Assembly: GCA_963934255.1 (NCBI GenBank) | Contig: CAWVXU010000056.1 | Span: 1-18,430 of the forward strand | Direction of reading: 5' to 3' | Source: an uncultured Fibrobacterales bacterium | GTDB lineage: Bacteria; Fibrobacterota; Fibrobacteria; Fibrobacterales; CAWVXU01 | Length of the DNA stretch: 18,430 bases | Shown: positions 1 through 8,842 of the stretch, piece by piece | Layout: each line of letters starts with the position of its first letter | How positions within the stretch are numbered: the first letter of the stretch is position 1 | Notes under the pieces: generated by a model | The model's database searches: none | Told to the model about the DNA's origin: nothing | Seen by the model: only the letters and a program-made list of their open reading frames with translations | Program-made: the position numbers and the translations under genes

Positions 1-1
1 A

Positions 2-445
2 TTTAAAGATTTTAGTCTTAATTATCATTTCGCACAAGACAATCACAGCCAATCAGTAAAAAATACTCTGCGAGGCTTACATTTTCAAACTGAACCAGGT
101 CAAGCAAAATTAGTCCGTTGTATCCAAGGCAAAATTTGGGATGTGGCTGTGGATATCCGCCCTGAGTCACCAACCTATAAAAAATGGTTTGGATTAAATC
201 TTAGCGCTGAAAACCACCAAATGTTAATGATACCCGTGGGCTTTGCACACGGCTTCTGCGTACTAAGTGAGACAGCCGAAGTAGTTTACAAGTGCTCTAG
301 TATATATAATGGTGATACAGAGGCTGGGTTTGCTTGGGATGATCCTGAAATTGCTATAGAATGGCCGGTTGATGAACCATTACTTAGTGAACGAGATTTA
401 AATGCTGTTAATTTCATTGAGTATCTGCAATTGGATAATAAATAA
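2..445 (+). CDS. rmlC: dTDP-4-dehydrorhamnose 3,5-epimerase (5'-truncated by window edge)
   Basis: The frame is open from base 2, upstream of the ORF-track start at 143: FKDFSLNYHFAQDNHSQSVKNTLRGLHFQTEPGQAKLVRCIQGKIWDVAVDIRPESPTYKKW...GFAHGF...YKCS...WDDP. QDNHS, LRGLHFQ, DVAVDIR and GFAHGF are hallmark RmlC motifs. Confidence 0.96.
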   Translation, partial: FKDFSLNYHFAQDNHSQSVKNTLRGLHFQTEPGQAKLVRCIQGKIWDVAVDIRPESPTYKKWFGLNLSAENHQMLMIPVGFAHGFCVLSETAEVVYKCSSIYNGDTEAGFAWDDPEIAIEWPVDEPLLSERDLNAVNFIEYLQLDNK

Positions 446-2806
446 ATGTTTTTATTTCACAGTAAAGCTCAAACCCTGAAATATCTTTACGAAAAAGGTT
501 TCCCAACCCCTAAACCTTATTTGATTCAATACTTTAATTGGTTAGAAAACAAACAAGTGGTAATCAAAGAGGTTGCAGACCTTTTTCAAGATAAAACATT
601 AGCAGTTCGTTCGAGTAAGTTAGGCGAAGATTCTGAAGACAGCTCTCAAGCTGGAGCTTTTGATTCATTGCTAAATGTATTGAACGAAGAGGATGAATTT
701 ACTCAAGCGGTAAATGATGTGTTTTCAAGTTATGGAATGATTGAAGGGCAGGATGAAGTACTAGTTCAATCTATGATTAGTAGTGTTGAAATCAGTGGAG
801 TGGTGATGACAAAATCACCTGAAGATGGTGCACCGTATTATGTAATCAATTATGATGATGAAACAGGGAAAACAGATACAGTTACAGGGGGTAAAACTTC
901 CAAAACCGTTTTTGTTTATAGAGACTGTTCTGATTCAAATTTTGATTCTTCAAGAATCAAAAGTATTGTTCATTTAGTTAAGAAACTAGAAGTATTCATC
1001 AATCGCGATGATTTGGATATTGAATTTGCTCAAGACCTAGATAATCAAATTTATTTGTTACAAGTTAGACCAATCACTACCAGTCATAGTTGGAATTTAA
1101 AAATACAAGAAAAAGTAGAACGATATTTACCTGGTGTTTCAGATTTGGTAAACGTTTTTCAGAAACGTCACCCATCATTATTGGGGGATTTTACTTTATT
1201 TGGTGTAATGCCTGATTGGAATCCTGCAGAAATAATTGGATTACACCCGAGGTTATTAGATATTTCATTATACAGATATCTAATCACCAAAAAAACATGG
1301 GCCGAAGCGAGGCAAGAATTGGGTTATTATAAGTTTAACCCAACTGAACTAATGATAGTCTTGGCAGGCAGGCCATATATAGATGTGAGATCTAGTTTTA
1401 ATTCTTTTTTACCCGAGGAATTACCGGAAGAATTAGGCGAAAAAATAATTAACCTTTGGTTGAATCGTCTAAAGCTTCATCCTGAATTTCATGATAAGGT
1501 GGAGTTTGAAATTGCATCCACAGTTTGGAATTTTGATTTAAATAAAACTTTATTAGATCGCTATTCTGACGACCTAATATTTGATGAAATTAATTTATTT
1601 TGTCAAGTTTCATTTGTGCAAGCAAATAAAATGGTAAGATGTCATGATGATTCTTCATTGAATAAGGCTATTAACCAACTCAGAAAATTGGAAATAAAGC
1701 AAAATAAATTTGAGTGCCTAACAAATCCATATGCAATATTAGCACAAACAAAAAGGGTCTTAGATGAGTGTGAAAATTTAGGAACCAAACCATTTTCTGT
1801 AGTGGCAAGGCATGCGTTTATTGCTGAAGATTGGTTGAGGAGTTTGGTGAGAGAAGGGGTTTTAGAACAATCACGAATCGATATTCTAAGAAGTTCAATT
1901 AGAACAGTTTCTAGTGAGATGAGTCATGATTTTTACTTGTTGAAAAAAAAAGAAATGAAAACGAGCAAATTTTATAAAAAATATGGTCATTTAAGACCTG
2001 GTACTTATGATATTCGTTCTCCTCGCTATGATCAACGTAAGGATTTACTAAAAAACTCAATCAACTTTAAAAGTGAATCTCAAGCTAACTTCATTTGGAC
2101 TGCTGATGAGACTATTAAATTAAATAAATTATTTAAAAGACATCACCTAGAAATAAATGCGGACGAGTTTTTAACTTACGTAAAATTATCAATTGAATGG
2201 CGAGAAAAAGGGAAATTCATATTCACTCGATCATTGTCCTTTGTATTAGAAGAATTATGTCGTTGGGGGGAATGTGTTGGCTTAACTAGAGATGATATGA
2301 GTTGGTTGAATATTGAGGAATTATTTACTCTACTAGCTCAACCAGATTTTGGAGATTTGAATCATTGGTTATTGCAAAAAATTAGTCTAGGGAAAGATTG
2401 GTGGGAATCGGGAATTGGTTTAAAATTTGGTTATATCATCAGAAATTCTCGAGATGTTTATGTTGTGCCACAACACAGAAGTACTCCTAACTTTATCACT
2501 CACGAGAAAACTTCAGGCAAATTATATTATTTAAAATCCACAGGTAATATACATATTGATTTAAGTGGTAAAGTTGTTGCAATTGAATCAGCAGATCCGG
2601 GCTATGATTGGTTATTTTCTCAAAACATTAGTGGTTTGATAACTCAATTTGGTGGGACAAATTCACATATGGCAATTCGATGCCGTGAATATAATATACC
2701 GGCTGCGATTGGAGTTGGGGAAGCTCTTTTCTCTAAAGTCATACAGTTTAACAGTGTTTCTATAGATGCAAAATCTTGTATTCTGAAAGAGGGGGAGTTA
2801 TTTTGA
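446..2806 (+). CDS. PEP-synthase/PPDK-like protein, probable L-glutamine kinase (Cj1418-like)
   Basis: 786 aa. N-terminal ATP-grasp motifs (AVRSS...EDS...SQAGAF; DIEFA...LLQVRPI), central MPDWNPAEIIG and YGHLRPGTYDI motifs, C-terminal phosphohistidine swivel domain (ADPGYDW...GGTNSHMAIRCREYNIPAAIGVGE; His codon at 2666-2668). No pyruvate-binding barrel. Neighbours match the MeOPN pathway. Confidence 0.88.
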   Translation: MFLFHSKAQTLKYLYEKGFPTPKPYLIQYFNWLENKQVVIKEVADLFQDKTLAVRSSKLGEDSEDSSQAGAFDSLLNVLNEEDEFTQAVNDVFSSYGMIEGQDEVLVQSMISSVEISGVVMTKSPEDGAPYYVINYDDETGKTDTVTGGKTSKTVFVYRDCSDSNFDSSRIKSIVHLVKKLEVFINRDDLDIEFAQDLDNQIYLLQVRPITTSHSWNLKIQEKVERYLPGVSDLVNVFQKRHPSLLGDFTLFGVMPDWNPAEIIGLHPRLLDISLYRYLITKKTWAEARQELGYYKFNPTELMIVLAGRPYIDVRSSFNSFLPEELPEELGEKIINLWLNRLKLHPEFHDKVEFEIASTVWNFDLNKTLLDRYSDDLIFDEINLFCQVSFVQANKMVRCHDDSSLNKAINQLRKLEIKQNKFECLTNPYAILAQTKRVLDECENLGTKPFSVVARHAFIAEDWLRSLVREGVLEQSRIDILRSSIRTVSSEMSHDFYLLKKKEMKTSKFYKKYGHLRPGTYDIRSPRYDQRKDLLKNSINFKSESQANFIWTADETIKLNKLFKRHHLEINADEFLTYVKLSIEWREKGKFIFTRSLSFVLEELCRWGECVGLTRDDMSWLNIEELFTLLAQPDFGDLNHWLLQKISLGKDWWESGIGLKFGYIIRNSRDVYVVPQHRSTPNFITHEKTSGKLYYLKSTGNIHIDLSGKVVAIESADPGYDWLFSQNISGLITQFGGTNSHMAIRCREYNIPAAIGVGEALFSKVIQFNSVSIDAKSCILKEGELF

Positions 2807-3423
2807 AAAGAATCATAATTTCCCAAAGGATTGATGTCACAGATACTGGAGAGACTAGAGATTCTTTAGATCAAAATTGGTTTTTCTTTCTTCAAGAAAC
2901 TTTTGGCAAAATAGAATTAATACAGGTTTCAAATGTTTGTCGGTCATTGAACTGGTTAGAAAGTATTAAACCAGATTTAATTGTATTGTCTGGTGGGAAT
3001 GATATTGGGCAATACCCTTCACGTGATAATGTTGAACGTCAGTTACTTGAATACTCAAAATTGTTTAACATACCATTACTAGGGTTTTGTCGTGGAGCTC
3101 AATTTATTGCAAGGAATTTTAATGCAGAGTTTGTTGATTTAGATACCAAACACATAGCGCGTAGGCATGAATTAAAATTAAATGCAAAACTTTCAAAATA
3201 TAGAAAAGAAAATTACAACTCCTTTCATCGTTGGGGTATTTCTGAAACAGTTCAGTTTTGTTTAGAAGTTAATATCCTTGGGTTTTCTTTAGAAGGTCAT
3301 GTTGAGGTGTTTAGGGTGAAAAAATATAATGTTTTAGGAGTTATGTGGCATCCTGAGAGAGAGTTACCTTTCCATCAACAAGATATAGATTTAGTAAAAG
3401 ATTTTTTTGGAGGATTAATATGA
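2803..3423 (+). CDS. Class I glutamine amidotransferase-like (peptidase C26) hydrolase, probable gamma-glutamyl-CDP-amidate hydrolase (Cj1417-like)
   Basis: LSGGND, GFCRG (nucleophile Cys), NSFH and MWHPE (His-Glu). Start placed at TTG 2803 (TTGA overlap with the upstream stop, GAGGGGGAG just upstream) rather than 2776. Confidence 0.85.
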   Translation: MKRIIISQRIDVTDTGETRDSLDQNWFFFLQETFGKIELIQVSNVCRSLNWLESIKPDLIVLSGGNDIGQYPSRDNVERQLLEYSKLFNIPLLGFCRGAQFIARNFNAEFVDLDTKHIARRHELKLNAKLSKYRKENYNSFHRWGISETVQFCLEVNILGFSLEGHVEVFRVKKYNVLGVMWHPERELPFHQQDIDLVKDFFGGLI

Positions 3424-4196
3424 AAGCGATCATTTTAGCAGCAGGCCGTGGGTCTAGAATGGAAGATTTAACAGAAGTAAAACCTAAGTGTTTAAGTATA
3501 ATACTAGGTAGAAGCTTGTTAGATTGGCAACTCCAAGCAATTAGGCAAGCATCGATACAAGATATTGTTGTTGTCAGGGGGTATAAAGGAGATTTGATTC
3601 AAGGAAATTTTAAAACTTTAGAGAACCCAGATTGGTCAACCACAAATATGGTTTCCACGCTTGTCTGTGCTGACTCTTATTTACAACAGGAAGAATGTTT
3701 GGTAAGTTATTCAGATATCGTAGTGAAGCCTTCGCATATCAGAGAATTTATCGAAACACCTTGGAATGATGAAGCTTCAATAGCGATAAGTTATGACCTT
3801 GACTGGTTAAAATTATGGTCTTTGAGAAATGAAAACCCTTTGGGTGATGCTGAGAGTTTCAAGGCAAAAGACCATTTTTTGATTGATATTGGGGAAAAAT
3901 GTGAGTCCGTTGATGAAATAGAGGGGCAATACATGGGTATGTTGCGCTTTAAACCTGATGGCTGGAGGCAATTACAAAAATTGAGACTTCATTTACCTGA
4001 ACTTCAACAAAACCAGTTGGATATGACAACAACTTTAAGGTTATTGTTGAAAAATAAGGTGAAAATTCAAGTAGTCGCCCTCAAGGGAGGCTGGATAGAA
4101 GCCGATAACAAGGAAGACTTAGCTTGTTTTGAGGCACAAATTCAAGAATTTGATCAGAACAATCAAAAATGGCTACATGATTGGAGAGATGTATGA
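3420..4196 (+). CDS. LicC-family nucleotidyltransferase, probable CTP:phosphoglutamine cytidylyltransferase (Cj1416-like)
   Basis: MKAIILAAGRGSRM...KPKCL, VRGY, TNMVSTL, SYSDIV, GQYMGM, DMT, WIEAD; directly follows the Cj1418/Cj1417-like genes. Confidence 0.85.
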   Translation: MKAIILAAGRGSRMEDLTEVKPKCLSIILGRSLLDWQLQAIRQASIQDIVVVRGYKGDLIQGNFKTLENPDWSTTNMVSTLVCADSYLQQEECLVSYSDIVVKPSHIREFIETPWNDEASIAISYDLDWLKLWSLRNENPLGDAESFKAKDHFLIDIGEKCESVDEIEGQYMGMLRFKPDGWRQLQKLRLHLPELQQNQLDMTTTLRLLLKNKVKIQVVALKGGWIEADNKEDLACFEAQIQEFDQNNQKWLHDWRDV

Positions 4197-4954
4197 AACA
4201 CGGAGATTTTACTGGTTTAGCTGAAAATTATAGGAAGTATAGACCAGGTTACTCTCATGAAATAGCCAAAATAATCAGTAGAGAAAATCAAAATATAGAT
4301 GATTTTAAAGCTGTGGATGTTGGTGCTGGTACTGGTATTTGGACAAATATATTGAAAGATCACGGAGTTACTGTCATTACAGCAATTGAGCCAAACTCAG
4401 ATATGAAATCGCAAGGTGAAATTGCTTTTCCAGATATAAACTGGATTCAAGCACCTGCAGAAGAAACTACACTAGAGAATAATAGTGTGAACTTAGTGAC
4501 AATGGCTTCTTCTTTTCATTGGCCAGATTTTAACTTGGCAACAAAAGAGTTCCATAGGGTTCTAAAACCAGGTGGCTTATTTGTGGCTTTGTGGAATCCA
4601 AGACTGATTGCAGTAAACCCACTCTTAGTCGAAATTGAAAATAAATTAAAAGAAATAGTGCCTGAGTTAAAAAGAGTATCAAGTGGTAGGTCTAGTTTTA
4701 CTCAAGATTTAACTGAAAAATTATCAGCAACTAAATTATTCAAGGATGTTGTTTATTTAGAATCTACACATGTAGAGAAGCAAAGTAAAGAACGATATAT
4801 TGGCTTGTGGGAATCAGTGAATGACATTCGTGTTCAAGCTGGTGAAGATAGATTTAACAAATTCATAAGCTGGATTCATGAACGCATTGCTGATTTAGAC
4901 TTCATTGAAGCAACCTACTCAACTCGAGCTTGGGTAGCTAGACGTAATGACTAA
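4193..4954 (+). CDS. Class I SAM-dependent methyltransferase (Cj1419/Cj1420-like, candidate phosphoramidate O-methyltransferase)
   Basis: SAM motif VDVGAGTG, IEPN, MASSFHW, RVLKPGG, LWNPR, W-SVNDI. The N-terminus KHGDFT...Y...RPGYS resembles my recollection of Cj1419/1420. Start at ATG 4193 (ATGA overlap, GGAG upstream). Confidence 0.8.
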   Translation: MKHGDFTGLAENYRKYRPGYSHEIAKIISRENQNIDDFKAVDVGAGTGIWTNILKDHGVTVITAIEPNSDMKSQGEIAFPDINWIQAPAEETTLENNSVNLVTMASSFHWPDFNLATKEFHRVLKPGGLFVALWNPRLIAVNPLLVEIENKLKEIVPELKRVSSGRSSFTQDLTEKLSATKLFKDVVYLESTHVEKQSKERYIGLWESVNDIRVQAGEDRFNKFISWIHERIADLDFIEATYSTRAWVARRND

Positions 4955-5486
4955 GGTTCAGTCTACACCTGTGTTTTGGATTACTGGACTTTCTGGGAGC
5001 GGAAAGTCCACTTTTGCTGAAATTCTATTACAAGAAATCCGTAAGCAAACAAAAGTCATTGGTGTTGATGGTGATAAAATGAGAGAAGTTATTGATGACC
5101 CAAGCTACAAGTATACTCGAGAAAGCCGTTTAAATGGAGCTTATCAATATTGTAAGTTTGCTAAATTAATTGCAGAACAAAACGTACCTGTTGTTGTATC
5201 TACCATAAGTTTGTTCCATGAAATACATCAATGGAATAAAGAAAATTTATCATGTTATATTGAGATTTACATTAAATGTGATATGAAAACTTTGATTGCT
5301 AGAGATCCTAAGGGGTTATATAAAAAAGAAAATCAAGCTAACATGCCTGGCCTTGGTCAAGTATACGAAGCCCCCATAAAGCCGGATTACTACTTGTTTG
5401 AACCAAGCATTGATTCTTTAAAAGAACTAGCACAAGAATTGGTGACCACTCATTTTAAACTTAAAGAGAATTATTATGAAAAATGA
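4947..5486 (+). CDS. APS-kinase (CysC)-like P-loop kinase, probable cytidine diphosphoramidate 3'-kinase (Cj1415-like)
   Basis: WITGLSGSGKST P-loop, DGD, VSTISLF, RDPKGLYK, YEAP. No ATP sulfurylase in the window, and the context is the MeOPN block. Confidence 0.8.
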   Translation: MTKVQSTPVFWITGLSGSGKSTFAEILLQEIRKQTKVIGVDGDKMREVIDDPSYKYTRESRLNGAYQYCKFAKLIAEQNVPVVVSTISLFHEIHQWNKENLSCYIEIYIKCDMKTLIARDPKGLYKKENQANMPGLGQVYEAPIKPDYYLFEPSIDSLKELAQELVTTHFKLKENYYEK

Positions 5487-6582
5487 AAAAAATATTCCTG
5501 TGAATAAAGGGAATTATAGTTTAGACACAGAAAAAAGAGAAAAAGCTTTTGAGGGGACTAGAGGAGCGGGTCACCAGGAGGCTTATCTAAGAAATCGTAA
5601 AGAATGGTATGAGTACCCGCAAAATTTAAAGGTGCCAGAATATCCTTTACACCTTGATATTGAGCTTTCATCATTATGCAATTTAAGTTGTCCTATGTGT
5701 TATACAATTACTGATTCATTCAAAAAAAAAGTAAACGCGAAACTAATGGATTTTGAATTGTTTAAAAAAATTATTGATGAGGTAGAGGATAATGTTTTCT
5801 CAATAAGGTTAAGCTTAAGAGGAGAGTCTGCACTCCATCCTAAATTTTTAGAGGCTGTTCATTATGCGAAATCCAAAGGTATCCTAGAAGTGTCAAGCTT
5901 AACAAATGGATCAAAATTAAAGAATAAAAGTTGGTGCAAAAAAGTAGTTGATTCAGGTATTGATTGGTTAACAATTTCATGTGATGGTGTGGGGGAAACA
6001 TATAATAAAATTAGATTTCCCATAAAATTTGAGGAGATGATTCAAGGTTTAAAAAATCTCAAAGAAGAAAAAGAATCTCAAGCAAAAGTAAAGCCTGCTG
6101 TTAAAATTCAAGGGATTTGGCCTGCAATGCAAAATAATCCAGATGAATACTATGAAGCCTACGCTCCTCATTCTGATTTAGTTGCATTTAATCCATTAGT
6201 TGATTACATGAGAGAAATTCCTGAAGATATTCTAGCCTATGAAGATAACTTTGCTTGTTCAATGCTATATCAAAGATTAGTTATTGGTGCTGATGGACAA
6301 GTAATGATTTGCACAAACGATGAAGAGACGGACCATCCAGTTGGGAATTCATATGAAAATACAATACACGAATTATGGCACAGTGAGGCTTTAAATAATT
6401 TCAGAAAAAGGCATTTGAAAAAAGATGGGTTTAAAGAGATAGATATTTGTCGTAGATGCTATATGCCTAGAAAAACAAAAGAAGAGTATTCAAGTGTACA
6501 TGGAAGACCGTTGCTGGTTCAAAACTATTTGAACCAAGAAGACTTTACTACAAGTATTGATCATATCCAGGAGGATTTATGA
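5476..6582 (+). CDS. Radical SAM enzyme with C-terminal Twitch/SPASM-type domain
   Basis: CNLSCPMC (CxxxCxxC), RGES, TNG, SCDG; C-terminal C...LVIGADGQVMIC...VGN...ELW...CRRC. Confidence 0.92.
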   Translation: MKNEKNIPVNKGNYSLDTEKREKAFEGTRGAGHQEAYLRNRKEWYEYPQNLKVPEYPLHLDIELSSLCNLSCPMCYTITDSFKKKVNAKLMDFELFKKIIDEVEDNVFSIRLSLRGESALHPKFLEAVHYAKSKGILEVSSLTNGSKLKNKSWCKKVVDSGIDWLTISCDGVGETYNKIRFPIKFEEMIQGLKNLKEEKESQAKVKPAVKIQGIWPAMQNNPDEYYEAYAPHSDLVAFNPLVDYMREIPEDILAYEDNFACSMLYQRLVIGADGQVMICTNDEETDHPVGNSYENTIHELWHSEALNNFRKRHLKKDGFKEIDICRRCYMPRKTKEEYSSVHGRPLLVQNYLNQEDFTTSIDHIQEDL

Positions 6583-7658
6583 AACCTTTAACAAATCGGT
6601 CTCCTCAACATATTCACTTTGGTGTGAATCAGTCTGAGTTGTTAAGAGAACGGATTGAAATTAGGCGTCAAGCAGTAAATTCTCCTGTAATTTGGTTAGT
6701 AGATTGTTTCTTTAAAGAAAACCCATTGAATATTGATGTGTCTAGAGACGCTGATGATTGTTGGATTTATGTGGATACATCAACCGAACCTTCAATTGAA
6801 CTAGTGGACCAATATGTCAAAGAAACTGACAAAATCAAAGCCCCTTGCGCTGTAGTTGCTATTGGTGGAGGTTCCACTATGGATATTGCTAAGGCTTTGG
6901 CGAATCTGAAGACAAATCCAGGTAAAGCTGAAGATTACCAGGGATGGGACTTAGTTCAAAACGCTGCCCCTTGGAAAATTGCAATTCCAACTTTATCTGG
7001 AACCGGTTCTGAAGGCTCTCGAACTTGTGTGATGGTGAATCAAAAAAAAGGCTTGAAGCTAGGTATGAATTCGCCCCATACGGTATTTGATGAATTAATC
7101 TTAGATCCAAGCTTGAGTAAATCTGTACCTAGATTACAGTATTTTTATACAGGTATGGATACATACATTCATTGTATTGAATCACTGAAAGGTAATTATC
7201 GTCATGCACTTTCCGATGCCTGGTCTAGAGAGGCGTTAGCGCTTTGTAGGGAAGTGTTTACATCAAATGATATGATGAGCGATGACTCTCGAGAAAAAAT
7301 GATGACAGCTTCCTTATTGGGTGGTATGGCTATTGGTAATAGTCTTGTTGGTTTGGTACACCCTTTTTCAGCTGGATTATCTATGGTGCACCACTCAAGG
7401 CATGGAGTGTCAAACTGTGTGGCTCTTAGGGCTCTTGAGGAGTATTACCCCGATGCAGCTAAAGAGATGTTAGAATTTACCAAAATCCAAGGAATTACCT
7501 TGCCAGATTCTATGAATATCGACCTAGATGAAAAAGGCTTTAATCGGCTGCGAGAATCTACTATAATTCATACTAAGCCTTTAGAAAACGCTTTAGGTTC
7601 TGCCTGGAGAGAGATACTTTCAGACACAAAAATCAGACAAATTTTTAAGGGGATTTAA
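6579..7658 (+). CDS. Iron-containing alcohol dehydrogenase, KdnB-like (ulosonic acid terminal-carbon oxidase family)
   Basis: GGGSTMDIAKA and PTLSGTGSE motifs; metal ligands DTYIH, VHPF, RHG. The stretches YQGWDL, KLGMNS..TVFD and FYTGMD.YIHC.ESL.G match Shewanella KdnB as I recall it. Confidence 0.85.
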   Translation: MKPLTNRSPQHIHFGVNQSELLRERIEIRRQAVNSPVIWLVDCFFKENPLNIDVSRDADDCWIYVDTSTEPSIELVDQYVKETDKIKAPCAVVAIGGGSTMDIAKALANLKTNPGKAEDYQGWDLVQNAAPWKIAIPTLSGTGSEGSRTCVMVNQKKGLKLGMNSPHTVFDELILDPSLSKSVPRLQYFYTGMDTYIHCIESLKGNYRHALSDAWSREALALCREVFTSNDMMSDDSREKMMTASLLGGMAIGNSLVGLVHPFSAGLSMVHHSRHGVSNCVALRALEEYYPDAAKEMLEFTKIQGITLPDSMNIDLDEKGFNRLRESTIIHTKPLENALGSAWREILSDTKIRQIFKGI

Positions 7659-8842
7659 TGGACTGGAAGATACCCTTCAGTGGGAGATCGCATCAATATA
7701 CTCATGTCGAAGAACAAGAGGTATTAAGAGTAATGAGGGGTGCAATTCCACTCACTCAAGGCGTAGAAAAATCAAAATTCGAAACAAAATATTGTGAAGT
7801 TCTTGGTGTTCCATATGCCTTTGCGGTTTCAAATGCAACAGCAGGTCTAGAATTAGCTGCTGAATTATGTCAATTAGATTCCGAAGGTGAGGTTCTTATA
7901 CCTACTCATACCTTCACATCCTCTGCATATCCATTTGTAAAACAAGGTGCTCAAATTACTTGGGTAGATATGGATCCTATTACAAGAGTTTCGCAAGTAG
8001 AGCAATATGAATTATGCAGAAGCTCAAAAACAAAAGTGATCGTTGTAGTTCACTTGTATGGTTTTGCGGTTGATATGCTTAGTATTAGAAAATGGGCAGA
8101 TACTCATAATATATTGGTAATTGAAGATAACGCACAAGCACTTGGAGCCAGTAGAGACAATTACAAAACAGGTCAATTAGGTGATTTCTCTGTTGCGTCA
8201 TTCCATTCCCATAAAAACTTAACCACACTAGGTGAAGGTGGAATGTTAAGTGTTAGAGATGCTCAATATGCAGAGATCATCCCATTAATAAGACACAATG
8301 GACATGCGCCTTATTTGGGTGACAGAGAGTGTTATTGGAAGCCTGCGATGGGTGATGTCGTACTCCCAAAGTTAAATGATAAAATAATCTTACCGCATAA
8401 TTTTTGTTTGGGAGAAGTTGAATGCGCCCTAGGGACTTTATTATTAGATCGTTTAAATCAAATGAATCAAGAAAAAAGAACTCGTGCACTTTGGGTGATG
8501 GATCAATTAAAAAACATTGAGGGTCTAAAATTTCACCGAGTTGAGGATGAATCACATACTTACCATTTATTGGTGGCAGAGTTAAGAACAACAAAGTTAA
8601 GAGATCAATTCCTTTCACACTTGTCTAAAAAATATTTAATTCAAGGTGTGGTTCAGTATAACCCACTTCACAGATATCCATTTTATCAGGAATTAGGCCT
8701 AGGCAAAGCTATTTGTCCAAATTCGGATTCTTTTTTTGATACTATGCTTTCCTTTCCATTTCATCATTGTTTGGAAGATACGCAAATTGAGTATTTATCT
8801 GAATCCATTATACAAACTGCTAAGCATTGTGGTCTTGTGTGA
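7658..8842 (+). CDS. DegT/DnrJ/EryC1/StrS family PLP-dependent sugar aminotransferase
   Basis: SNATAGL, TFTSSA, VVHLYG, IEDNAQA, SFHSHKNLTTLGEGGM (PLP lysine). Confidence 0.94.
   Translation: MDWKIPFSGRSHQYTHVEEQEVLRVMRGAIPLTQGVEKSKFETKYCEVLGVPYAFAVSNATAGLELAAELCQLDSEGEVLIPTHTFTSSAYPFVKQGAQITWVDMDPITRVSQVEQYELCRSSKTKVIVVVHLYGFAVDMLSIRKWADTHNILVIEDNAQALGASRDNYKTGQLGDFSVASFHSHKNLTTLGEGGMLSVRDAQYAEIIPLIRHNGHAPYLGDRECYWKPAMGDVVLPKLNDKIILPHNFCLGEVECALGTLLLDRLNQMNQEKRTRALWVMDQLKNIEGLKFHRVEDESHTYHLLVAELRTTKLRDQFLSHLSKKYLIQGVVQYNPLHRYPFYQELGLGKAICPNSDSFFDTMLSFPFHHCLEDTQIEYLSESIIQTAKHCGLV

Noticed and set aside
143..445. ORF-track start at 143 for a 100-aa protein
   Set aside because: The frame and RmlC motifs continue upstream to the window edge, so it is a truncated view of a full gene.
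1943..1951. A9 tract in the kinase gene (similar A8-A9 runs at 5722-5730, 14569-14576 and 17812-17819) as phase-variation sites
   Set aside because: All are in frame and encode Lys runs, as expected in AT-rich DNA. No long poly-G/C tract of the Campylobacter contingency type was seen.
446..2806. Phosphoenolpyruvate synthase or pyruvate phosphate dikinase of central metabolism
   Set aside because: The phospho-His domain is C-terminal and the pyruvate-binding barrel is absent; neighbours indicate a glutamine kinase.
446..4196. Phosphonate (C-P) biosynthesis cassette
   Set aside because: No PEP mutase (EDKxxxxxNS motif) or phosphonopyruvate decarboxylase is present; the gene set fits P-N chemistry.
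4947..5486. True adenylyl-sulfate kinase cysC for sulfate activation
   Set aside because: No cysD/cysN/sat or sulfotransferase is in the window, and the context matches Cj1415. Not formally excluded.
6579..7658. Dehydroquinate-synthase-like sugar-phosphate cyclase (aminocyclitol pathway)
   Set aside because: The motifs (GGGS, PTxSGTGSE, D...H, H, H) are of the Fe-ADH/KdnB type rather than the cyclase type.
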